From the IMG/VR virus record IMGVR_UViG_3300007734_000750: 64,000 nucleotides of DNA; one strand, written 5' to 3'. The notes under the pieces are model-generated. The model saw nothing but the letters and a program-made list of their open reading frames with translations, was not told where the DNA came from and made no database searches. The stretch is from an uncultured virus (IMG/VR IMGVR_UViG_3300007734_000750). Lineage: Duplodnaviria; Heunggongvirae; Uroviricota; Caudoviricetes. Position numbers and translations under genes: made by a program. This document shows, one piece after another, positions 8,630 through 16,970 of this stretch. Positions within the stretch are counted from its first letter, which is position 1. Every line of letters begins with the position of its first letter.

Positions 8630-9905
8630 CATAGACAAACAATACCAAGCACTATTACAAGACATCCTTGATAATGGTGTAGAGAAAAAAGACAGAACCG
8701 GAACGGGAACAATCTCTGTGTTCGGAAGACAAATCAGACATAAGATGTCAGAAGGATTCCCATTACTTACAACTAAAAAGATACCGTGGAAATCAATCGT
8801 CACAGAACTTCTTTGGTTCCTTCAGGGGAATACAAATATCAAATGGTTGGTTGATAATGGATGTAACATTTGGAATGGTGATGCTTATAAGAACTATTTG
8901 GATAAAAAAATGTTCTCATCAAGTTTTGAAGCTTTAGTAGAAAATGATGAAGATATTCTACTAACTCAAGAAGAGTTTATAGAGAAAATAAAAACTGATT
9001 TAAATTTCGCAAGTGGAAATGGAGAGTTAGGCCCAATCTATGGTAAACAATGGAGAAGTTGGGAAGGATATGAACACGGAATGGTATTAGGTGCAGGATT
9101 AAGTAAAGAACAACCAATAGACCAAATCCAAAATCTAATCAACGACCTTAAAACAAATCCAGACTCAAGACGATTAATGGTTAATGCTTGGAATGTTGGT
9201 GAGTTGGATGCGATGGTCTTGCCACCTTGTCATTATGGGTTTCAAGTTTATACAAGAGAGTTGAGTGATGAAGAGGTTATTGAATATCACTATAAACATA
9301 ACCAACCAAATGATAAGTGGAAAAAAGATGGTGATTCTTATTATTATTTTGTAGAAAAGTCAAATATGTGGTTTGAACATTCTGGTTCCGATATTTTATT
9401 TGGTATGAGACCAAATTGTCCTAAAAGAGCAATCTCTTTAATGTGGAATCAACGTTCAGTAGATACATTCTTAGGCTTACCATTCAACATTGCTTCTTAT
9501 GGATTGTTATTGGAGATAATTGCTAAAGAAGTTAATATGGTTCCTGATGAATTGATTGGAAATCTTGGTGATGTTCATTTATATTCAAATCATATTGAAC
9601 AAGCAAAAGAACAGATTGGAAGAAAATACACTCACGAAGAAAGAACAGAATTGTTAAAACAAGCGATGGGTGAAGAAAGATATAATAAAGCGGTTGATGA
9701 ATTAATGCCGTTTGGTGGTGGATTAAGTGAATATTATGATTCATATAAAATTCCTTATACAACAAGAGAACCTTATAAGTTACCGAGATTGAAATTCTCG
9801 CCTTGTCCAATAACCGGAATTGATATGGAGTATCAATCAATAGCACAATTCCAAATTGAGAACTATGAATCACATCCAACAATTAAAGCACCTTTAAGTA
9901 ATTAA
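8622..9905 (+). CDS. thyA: thymidylate synthase with insertions
   Basis: DRTGTGT, ELLWFL, LGPIYGKQWR, SRR, LPPCH, QRSVDTFLGLPFN, HLYSNH. Confidence 0.96.
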   Translation: MNNIDKQYQALLQDILDNGVEKKDRTGTGTISVFGRQIRHKMSEGFPLLTTKKIPWKSIVTELLWFLQGNTNIKWLVDNGCNIWNGDAYKNYLDKKMFSSSFEALVENDEDILLTQEEFIEKIKTDLNFASGNGELGPIYGKQWRSWEGYEHGMVLGAGLSKEQPIDQIQNLINDLKTNPDSRRLMVNAWNVGELDAMVLPPCHYGFQVYTRELSDEEVIEYHYKHNQPNDKWKKDGDSYYYFVEKSNMWFEHSGSDILFGMRPNCPKRAISLMWNQRSVDTFLGLPFNIASYGLLLEIIAKEVNMVPDELIGNLGDVHLYSNHIEQAKEQIGRKYTHEERTELLKQAMGEERYNKAVDELMPFGGGLSEYYDSYKIPYTTREPYKLPRLKFSPCPITGIDMEYQSIAQFQIENYESHPTIKAPLSN

Positions 9906-9907
9906 AA

Positions 9908-10144
9908 ATGTTAATACATATTCAGACACAGGAATTGGAAAAAGAGTTTATAAATCCGGTTAAAAATGGGTTTGTATCTCATCCGGCAATTGATTACCAA
10001 ACAAATGCCGTCCACGCACAATACGAAGGAAAAGATGTTATTATCTTCCACTTCAAAAAGTATGGATGGTTAAACGATAACAGATTTAACACCTACAACC
10101 TATCATTAGGACCAGCAGGTATAACAATTGAAATACTATTATGA
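9908..10144 (+). CDS. hypothetical protein
   Basis: ORF in operon. Confidence 0.6.
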   Translation: MLIHIQTQELEKEFINPVKNGFVSHPAIDYQTNAVHAQYEGKDVIIFHFKKYGWLNDNRFNTYNLSLGPAGITIEILL

Positions 10145-10344
10145 AAAGTCCATTAACCGGAAAAGAAATGAAACTAATGTCGGAACCATCCACATTAAAT
10201 TACAGAGGAAAACAATACAATGTGAATCACCACTTCTACCTATGTGAATTATCAAACGAACAATTCACAACAACAGAATTAGATGAACAAAATTTAGACG
10301 AATTATATAAACAAGTAGAAAATGAACGAAGCAACAGAATTTGA
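10141..10344 (+). CDS. stand-alone MqsA/YgiT-type N-terminal domain protein
   Basis: MKSPLTGKEM...FYLCELSNEQFTTTELDEQNL resembles N-termini of Bacteroidota MqsA-like antitoxins; no HTH. Confidence 0.6.
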   Translation: MKSPLTGKEMKLMSEPSTLNYRGKQYNVNHHFYLCELSNEQFTTTELDEQNLDELYKQVENERSNRI

Positions 10345-10507
10345 GATTTTAAGAAGCTTACACACCTTATGGTTAAGAGGTGGTATTACATCCACAGCAG
10401 TTTCAATATTATTAAAAAATCAATGTGGAATTATTTTAACCTCATTAACCGAAACAGAAATCAATGGAGAATCAACAGACGGAACAACAAAATACCGAAT
10501 TGGGTAA
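10322..10507 (+). CDS. hypothetical protein
   Basis: short overlapping ORF. Confidence 0.45.
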   Translation: MNEATEFEILRSLHTLWLRGGITSTAVSILLKNQCGIILTSLTETEINGESTDGTTKYRIG

Positions 10508-10832
10508 ACACGATTATTTTAAGAAGAATAAAGTAAAAATTAAAAAAATAGTTAAGGAGTATGAAACCGCCTCAAACAAAGAAGTTTGGGAAGGTGTAAG
10601 AGATAATTTTACCTTTGGGTTCTTAGGTGCCACCTTAGTGGTTTTCATCGCAACACGGACAGATATTGCTGTTTTAATGGGGTATCTGATATATTACTTC
10701 TTTATGGGTAAGATTGTAAACCGACCAAAATACGTAACTGACTTGGGTAAGTTAATTGTATTCCCGATACCGTCGGCGTTAGGTGCTTTTGCCGGATACA
10801 AATTAAGTTATGTTCTATTACATTTGATATAA
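10464..10832 (+). CDS. membrane protein
   Basis: about three hydrophobic segments. Confidence 0.7.
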   Translation: MENQQTEQQNTELGKHDYFKKNKVKIKKIVKEYETASNKEVWEGVRDNFTFGFLGATLVVFIATRTDIAVLMGYLIYYFFMGKIVNRPKYVTDLGKLIVFPIPSALGAFAGYKLSYVLLHLI

Positions 10833-10862
10833 AAAAAACCGACTGATGTCGGTTTTGTTGTT

Positions 10863-11459
10863 TTAAGCAATTTCGGTTTTATTGATTGAATGAGGTTTTG
10901 GTGAATTACCTGCGATATATCCCTGAGACACTTTGCGTAATAAATCTTTAGTCCCCCATTTTGAATTTATAACTGCGTCGGATAATTTAGATATCCCAAC
11001 ATCGTTTTTAAGACCATCAATTATTTTATCATAACCGTATTTGTCTCTACCATTTTTAAGAGTTTTACAAGTTGCCTCAATACCTACTTCCGGAGTTGGA
11101 TAATTTTTAACACCAACAGAAGTGTTTGAGATATTTGTTGCTCCCGGCATTTTCATTGTAGTATTAAATGGGTTGTTTCTTGCCTTACCACCTTCAGATT
11201 GTCTCCAAGCATACATAAATAACATATTACTTTTAGTTGGTTCCGCACCTAAACATTTTAAAATTGATTTATAAAAATCATCGTCAGTTGTTGTAGTGTT
11301 ATAGTCAATATCTTCTTCATCTGAGTCAGTCTTATCTAACATTTTAAGTATTTCATCAGCCATTCCTTTTAGAATATCTCCGGCACCTTGCTCATTAAGG
11401 TTATATAACGATTTAATTTCGTTTTTTTCTTCTTCTGTGATTATTAATCTTTTGGCCAT
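10863..11459 (-). CDS. putative virion-associated lysozyme-like protein
   Basis: WRQSEGG...NNPFNTT...GVKNY motif; N-terminus RLIITEEEK...LNEQ; TATTTAT upstream. Confidence 0.5.
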   Translation of the reverse strand: MAKRLIITEEEKNEIKSLYNLNEQGAGDILKGMADEILKMLDKTDSDEEDIDYNTTTTDDDFYKSILKCLGAEPTKSNMLFMYAWRQSEGGKARNNPFNTTMKMPGATNISNTSVGVKNYPTPEVGIEATCKTLKNGRDKYGYDKIIDGLKNDVGISKLSDAVINSKWGTKDLLRKVSQGYIAGNSPKPHSINKTEIA

Positions 11460-11511
11460 ATCAAATTTTCTTTTATTATAAATACTAACAAATTTTAATA
11501 TATTTATAAAT

Positions 11512-11901
11512 ATGAAAGTAATAATAAAACATACTGATTCTGATGTCCCAAAAGAAAATTATGAATTCTATAATGATTTTATAAAATATCTACAAAAATC
11601 ATATCCATTAAAAAATAATGTTACAATTAACTTTGTTGGTAAAAGGGAAGGTAATATGACTACCGGTCAAAGAAACAATAAAAATGAATTGTTAATATTA
11701 TCTAAAGGTAGAATGAATAGAGATATTTTAAGAACACTTGCCCACGAATGGGTTCACGAATATCAAAGAACCATTTTAAAACGCAATCAAGGTCCTGATA
11801 TTGGAGGTAAAAATGAAAATGAGGCTAATTCTGAATCAGGTGCAATAATTAAAAAATACGAAAAATTACATCCAAAAGATGAAAAAAAAATGTATGAATA
11901 A
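11512..11901 (+). CDS. HExxH metallopeptidase-like protein
   Basis: RTLAHEWVHEYQ ... ENEAN. Confidence 0.7.
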   Translation: MKVIIKHTDSDVPKENYEFYNDFIKYLQKSYPLKNNVTINFVGKREGNMTTGQRNNKNELLILSKGRMNRDILRTLAHEWVHEYQRTILKRNQGPDIGGKNENEANSESGAIIKKYEKLHPKDEKKMYE

Positions 11902-11928
11902 AAAAAGGGACTTAAAGTCCCTTTTTAA

Positions 11929-12357
11929 TTATTCAGAAATTTCAACGACTTCTAAATCAAATATAAGTTTTTTACCTGCTAAAGGATGATTAGCATCTAA
12001 AGTCACAGTTTCTTCACTTACTGCCACGACTTGTACATTAACTGGACCTTGTGGTCCCATACCTTGTAAAGATTCCCCCACTTGAATACCTTCAGGTACG
12101 TTTGTTTTTGGAACTTCGTTGATAAATTCTGGTTTTGGTTCTCCGTAAGCGTCTTCTACAGAAATTTCAACAGTTTTTTTATCTCCTTCTAACATATCAA
12201 TTAAACCAGCCTCAAATCCTTTAATAAGTTGACCTAAACCTAATTCAACTTCTAATGGTTCGCGACCTTCAGCAATTGATGTATCAAAAATTGTTCCGTC
12301 TTCTAATCTACCTGTGTAATGTACTTTTACTTTACTTGTTGTTTCTACTTTTTTCAT
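11929..12357 (-). CDS. FKBP-type peptidyl-prolyl isomerase (SlyD/FkpB-like)
   Basis: VHYTGRLEDGTIFDTS, LIKGFE, AYG, DANHPLAGKKLIFDLEVV. Confidence 0.93.
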   Translation of the reverse strand: MKKVETTSKVKVHYTGRLEDGTIFDTSIAEGREPLEVELGLGQLIKGFEAGLIDMLEGDKKTVEISVEDAYGEPKPEFINEVPKTNVPEGIQVGESLQGMGPQGPVNVQVVAVSEETVTLDANHPLAGKKLIFDLEVVEISE

Positions 12358-12480
12358 AAAATTAAATGTTTTTGATAATAATAATATAAATAAAAATAAA
12401 AATCAAACCTTATTGATTAAAAAACAAATTTTCACTATAATTATAATTATAAATTAACCCCCAAAACCCTTTATAATATT

Positions 12481-12675
12481 ATGTCAAACGAAGAACACGT
12501 TGAGGAAATGTACTATTTTGCACACATTTCAGGAGTATTCAAAGAATTCTCAAATGAAGTTACTAAACTTAGAAATAATGACCTTAAAAAACACTTTTCT
12601 GAGGTCGTTCAAGACGTGTTTGAAGAATTTGTTAATGAAGGATTAATTCAATCTGATTTACATTTATTTATTTAA
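12481..12675 (+). CDS. hypothetical protein
   Basis: ORF. Confidence 0.55.
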   Translation: MSNEEHVEEMYYFAHISGVFKEFSNEVTKLRNNDLKKHFSEVVQDVFEEFVNEGLIQSDLHLFI

Positions 12676-12937
12676 TGTCAATTGTTGATGTTATATAAAT
12701 ATTTTCGTTAATTCCCATATATTTCCAACTTTCATAAGATAAATGATTCATTCCATCCGGAAAAGTTTCTCTACATAATTCAGGGTCGGTCGTAAGTAGC
12801 TTACAATCAACCGTGAACGATTTATTATTGGTTGAATATCTAATAAAATTAACCACAATTTCACTACCTTCACCAAAAAGTAGCTCAAGGTCATCTTTTA
12901 ACACATTATTGATAAAAAATTCAAATGGTTTCTTCAT
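12668..12937 (-). CDS. hypothetical protein
   Basis: start MKKPF after TATTTAT on minus strand. Confidence 0.6.
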   Translation of the reverse strand: MKKPFEFFINNVLKDDLELLFGEGSEIVVNFIRYSTNNKSFTVDCKLLTTDPELCRETFPDGMNHLSYESWKYMGINENIYITSTIDIK

Positions 12938-13024
12938 ATTGATAAATATAAGTCTAAAAACTTGTATTTTCAATCAAGTATTTGATTTATATAAATTTAT
13001 TATTTATAATTAAAGAAAAAAACT

Positions 13025-13261
13025 ATGTATTTAAATGTAATTTTAACAATTTTCGTAATTGTCCAAGTAGTGACAATGATTTTAGTGTATAAATGGTGGA
13101 AAAAATATGGAAAGAATCTTTTTACTTCCATAAAAAAAGGATTTCCGTCTCAAATGATGAATTCTATGAGTAAAGGTCCAAATCCATTTGGTAATATTCC
13201 GGATATGAGTCAAATGATGAAACAATTTGAATCTATGACCAAAAATATGGGTAAAAAATAA
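13025..13261 (+). CDS. small membrane-anchored Met-rich protein
   Basis: N-terminal TM helix. Confidence 0.65.
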   Translation: MYLNVILTIFVIVQVVTMILVYKWWKKYGKNLFTSIKKGFPSQMMNSMSKGPNPFGNIPDMSQMMKQFESMTKNMGKK

Positions 13262-13263
13262 AA

Positions 13264-13476
13264 ATGGATGTATTTCAAATTCACCAAGAGTTCAATTGGG
13301 TAAATAAAGTATTATTTTCCTCACAAACTAACAAACAAATTGAAAGTTGTATCAACTTATTCAATAATTTTATGAACAAATGGCGTTTTGAGATGACGGA
13401 AGACCTAAAAATCACATTTAACCGAGATTTTAATGAAAATTGTTTGTCTCAAACAGAAAAAGTATTATCTTTGTAA
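13264..13476 (+). CDS. hypothetical protein
   Basis: ORF. Confidence 0.6.
   Translation: MDVFQIHQEFNWVNKVLFSSQTNKQIESCINLFNNFMNKWRFEMTEDLKITFNRDFNENCLSQTEKVLSL
13466..13473 (+). promoter_or_regulatory. Bacteroidota sigmaA -7 element (TAnnTTTG)
   Basis: TATCTTTG with TTTG at 13443; same motif at 16229, 31711, 36128, 48689, 49452, 49719, 52857, 54419, 58463, 59447, 60907, 61875. Confidence 0.75.
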
Positions 13477-13489
13477 AAAAATATTAGAA

Positions 13490-14125
13490 ATGGAACCAGA
13501 AAAAGACATATTTGACCAATGGGCGGACAAAAGAGAAAAAGAATCGTGGATTATAAGAAAATTACGGTTTATTCCATTGTGGTGGAATCACGATGGTAGA
13601 TATTACCACAAATACATCAAAATGGGTGTAAAGAACCTAATTTATTGGTTTCCAATCATATGGAAAGACCGAAATTGGGATAGTCATTACATCTTTGATA
13701 TAATGAAACATAAATTATCAGGACAAGCAGATTATATTGGTCGTAGAGATTTTCACACACGAGCGCAAGAAGATGCTAAAAGAATGAGATTGTGTGTAAA
13801 ATTGATGGGGTTGGTTCAAGATGAGTTTTATTCATCAGAATACTCTGATTATCACAAAACAAAACATTGGTTTGAGGATATTGATGAAAAACCTGGTTAT
13901 TCTTCTTGGGAATCACGATTATTAGAAGAAAATTTTGATGATTACTTCAAAAAATACCCATTAATTTACAAAAGAGTGTTAAATGGTGAAGGAGTTTTTG
14001 GTAGAGAAGGTCGTGAGGATGATAAACAAATTATAGCAATGAATATCGCCCACATAAATCACGATAGAGCAAGAAAATTGTTATTCAAAGTGATGGAAGA
14101 GAACATTGAGAGATGGTGGGATTAA
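13490..14125 (+). CDS. conserved phage hypothetical protein
   Basis: WFPIIWKDRNWD ... ERWWD. Confidence 0.75.
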   Translation: MEPEKDIFDQWADKREKESWIIRKLRFIPLWWNHDGRYYHKYIKMGVKNLIYWFPIIWKDRNWDSHYIFDIMKHKLSGQADYIGRRDFHTRAQEDAKRMRLCVKLMGLVQDEFYSSEYSDYHKTKHWFEDIDEKPGYSSWESRLLEENFDDYFKKYPLIYKRVLNGEGVFGREGREDDKQIIAMNIAHINHDRARKLLFKVMEENIERWWD

Positions 14126-14287
14126 ATTTAAAAAATAGAATATGGGAATTTATGGATTTATATTTTTTGTAGTTTTAGGGGTTGCTGCATTATGGGTTAA
14201 AGGAATTCATAGTATGCACGAAAACCATCCGGATTACAAAGGTGAAGATTTTTTTAACGAAGAAGAAAAAGAAAAAAAATAGAAATT

Positions 14288-14980
14288 ATGAGAGTAACAT
14301 TTTTAAGTGATACACACAACAAACACAAACAAGTGACATTGGATTTACCTGGTGGAGACTTACTAGTTCATAGTGGTGATATATCATCTATGGGTTACGA
14401 ACACGAAATCAGAGAGTTTTGTAAGTGGTTTAATAATATTGAAGGTTACACTCACAAGGTATTCATCGCCGGAAACCACGATTGGGGTTTCCAAGATAAC
14501 GTTGAGAAGGTAAAAGAAATATTAGATTTCTACTCCGGAATCACATATCTTCAAGATAGTGAGTTAGTCATCAAAGTTGGTGACGAAAGAGAAGTTAAAA
14601 TCTACGGTAGTCCTTGGCAGCCTTGGTTCCACGATTGGGCATTTAACCTTCAAAAAAATGGTATGACCTTGGCGGGTAAATGGGAGGCAATTCCTGATGA
14701 TACTGACATTTTACTTACTCACGGTCCAGCATTTGGAATATTAGATACCGTAGACGGTAGAAGATATGATAATTTAGGATGTGAGTTATTAGTAGAGAGA
14801 TTAGAGAGATTAAACGTAAAACTTCATAATGTTGGTCACATCCACACCGGATATGGTTACGTTAGAAAAGGAGACACACATCATTTTAATTCTGCGGTAT
14901 TAGATGAAAGATACGTCTATACTCAAAAACCAATGACTGTTGATTGGAATCCGGATACAAACGAAGTAGAGTTTGTATAA
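14288..14980 (+). CDS. calcineurin-like metallophosphoesterase
   Basis: SDTH, GD, GNHD, THGP, GHIH. Confidence 0.92.
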   Translation: MRVTFLSDTHNKHKQVTLDLPGGDLLVHSGDISSMGYEHEIREFCKWFNNIEGYTHKVFIAGNHDWGFQDNVEKVKEILDFYSGITYLQDSELVIKVGDEREVKIYGSPWQPWFHDWAFNLQKNGMTLAGKWEAIPDDTDILLTHGPAFGILDTVDGRRYDNLGCELLVERLERLNVKLHNVGHIHTGYGYVRKGDTHHFNSAVLDERYVYTQKPMTVDWNPDTNEVEFV

Positions 14981-15010
14981 TAAAAAACCCCCTTAATTGG
15001 GGGTTTTTAT

Positions 15011-15199
15011 TTATCCGTTCATAATCTGTTGTAATCTTGCCATAATTCTCCTTTGTTGTTCTTGAAGCTTGTTAATTTTGGCTTGCTGTTCTTGGTTTAG
15101 GTCAATGCTTTCACCTTTAATAGAGGCGATTTCATTAGCAATACTATCATAACCATATGTTAGATTACTATACTCTTGTGCTTTTTGTTCTTCGTTCAT
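15011..15199 (-). CDS. small coiled-coil protein
   Basis: ORF with TATTTAT upstream. Confidence 0.6.
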   Translation of the reverse strand: MNEEQKAQEYSNLTYGYDSIANEIASIKGESIDLNQEQQAKINKLQEQQRRIMARLQQIMNG

Positions 15200-15324
15200 A
15201 TTTTAATTATAAATATAGTAATTAAAAAGTAAAACATATTGACTTTTTATCTGAATATAGTATATTTATTACCAATGAAACGATATGAATTATACACGCC
15301 GAACAATTATATTACTTAACAAGT

Positions 15325-15357
15325 AAGTCCCTATTTTATTTTAGGGACTTTTTTTTG
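15325..15357 (+). terminator. intrinsic terminator in the 5' leader of the AsnRS-like gene
   Basis: AAGTCCCTA-loop-TAGGGACTT followed by T-run. Confidence 0.75.
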
Positions 15358-15392
15358 CCCATACGTAAACAATTAAAATTAAATATAAAACT

Positions 15393-16223
15393 ATGAAACA
15401 AACAAAAACTTACCACGAATTGGTACAAAAAATGAGAACGTTCTTTGTTAATAAGAACTTTATTGAGGTTCCATCTCAATCACGATTATCTATTTTAGCG
15501 GCTTGCGAAAATCCACATTCAGTAAAAACATTTGAATATGGTGGAGAAATTTGGCCGTTACCACAAACCGGACAAATGTGGTTGGAATATGAATTATTAA
15601 AAAATCCTGAATGGGATGGTGTATTCTGTATTTCCACTTCTTACAGAGAAGAGAAAAATCCAATCCCGGGTCGTCACGAATTAATCTTCCCGATGTTTGA
15701 ATTCGAATCAAAAGGAACTATGGAAGATTTGGTTGCGTTGGAACTTGAGTTATTACAATATTTAGGATTTGACTCACCGGTTGATGTAAATTACGAGGAT
15801 GTTTGTCAAGAATACGGTGGGGTGTCTATTTTAGAGGACGAACACGAATCAAGAATGTGGAAAGAAAAAAGTGAGGTTATCTCACTACAGAATTTCCCAA
15901 TTAGAACTAATCCATTTTGGAATATGAAACATAACTCTGATAATATCTTCAATAAGGTTGATGTTATTCTTTTCGGTCAAGAAACTATTGGTTCCGCAGA
16001 AAGAAGTTGTGATGTTGAAAAAATGAGAGAGATGTTCTACACGATTGAAAATGGGGGTTATTCCGCCAAGTTGTTTGAATTATTTGGAAAAGATAGAGTT
16101 GAGAAAGAATTGGAAGAATTTTTATCTTTAAACTTTTTCCCAAGATTTGGTGCGGGAATTGGTTTAACAAGATTGGCTAGAGCTTACGAATTAAATCAAA
16201 AAGTTTTGGAAATTGTAGAATAA
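15393..16223 (+). CDS. class II aaRS catalytic-domain-only protein (AsnRS/AspRS-like, possibly asparagine synthetase-like)
   Basis: motif 2 SYREE...RH..FPMFEFE, ETIGSAER, motif 3 GAGIGLTRL; no anticodon-binding OB domain. Confidence 0.8.
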   Translation: MKQTKTYHELVQKMRTFFVNKNFIEVPSQSRLSILAACENPHSVKTFEYGGEIWPLPQTGQMWLEYELLKNPEWDGVFCISTSYREEKNPIPGRHELIFPMFEFESKGTMEDLVALELELLQYLGFDSPVDVNYEDVCQEYGGVSILEDEHESRMWKEKSEVISLQNFPIRTNPFWNMKHNSDNIFNKVDVILFGQETIGSAERSCDVEKMREMFYTIENGGYSAKLFELFGKDRVEKELEEFLSLNFFPRFGAGIGLTRLARAYELNQKVLEIVE

Positions 16224-16240
16224 TTTATTACCTTTGTCCT

Positions 16241-16423
16241 ATGGGAATAACAGTTAAAGATTTAGGAAAAAAATGGGAACAAATTTACGACGATGTAGAT
16301 GAGACCGTTATTTGGAGATACGACACTTCAAAAAATAAATTTGGACCTTATGAGGTTGAAATAAAATACAAACGACCGGTGGTTAGAACCAAGAAGGTCA
16401 CAAAAAAGGTTACTTTAAAGTAA
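16241..16423 (+). CDS. small hypothetical protein, probably leaderless
   Basis: ATG 4 nt after TACCTTTG. Confidence 0.6.
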   Translation: MGITVKDLGKKWEQIYDDVDETVIWRYDTSKNKFGPYEVEIKYKRPVVRTKKVTKKVTLK

Positions 16424-16429
16424 CCTTTT

Positions 16430-16876
16430 TTATTTAGGGTTAATTATTCTTCTTTTAGCATTATCAATTAAAAATTGTTCCACACCCGGAATCTTTTCTA
16501 AAAATTGTAACTCATATAGGTAAGACATTGTTTCTTCATCAATCTCTTTTAATTTAATTCCATTTTTTCTAAAATATAAATGTCGTGATTCGTGAACTAA
16601 AACCGCGGCGACATTATTAACAGAACCCCTTAATATATCCGATTGAGATATCATAATTGTGTGACTGTCTTCAGTTGTTGAGAAATTTCCATTCCAAAAT
16701 GTTATGTGGTCACAAACTTCAATTAAAGTGTCATATTTGTCACTATCAATTTGTTTAATCAATTTTAACGCTTGATTAACTTTATTGACCCACCCATCCC
16801 CCACATCATCAATTTTCACTTGTCCTATAACGATATTGGTAATTAAAAGTAGAAGTATTACTACAAGATGTTTCAT
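16430..16876 (-). CDS. secreted HExxH metallopeptidase-like protein
   Basis: signal peptide; LVHESRH ... EE. Confidence 0.7.
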   Translation of the reverse strand: MKHLVVILLLLITNIVIGQVKIDDVGDGWVNKVNQALKLIKQIDSDKYDTLIEVCDHITFWNGNFSTTEDSHTIMISQSDILRGSVNNVAAVLVHESRHLYFRKNGIKLKEIDEETMSYLYELQFLEKIPGVEQFLIDNAKRRIINPK

Positions 16877-16970
16877 AATTTTTTTTAAATAAATAGTTTA
16901 TAATGTTTCCATATCGCCATTTAGTGATATTTATCATCAGAGTAAATAAATTAAAATAAAAAAAACCTAA

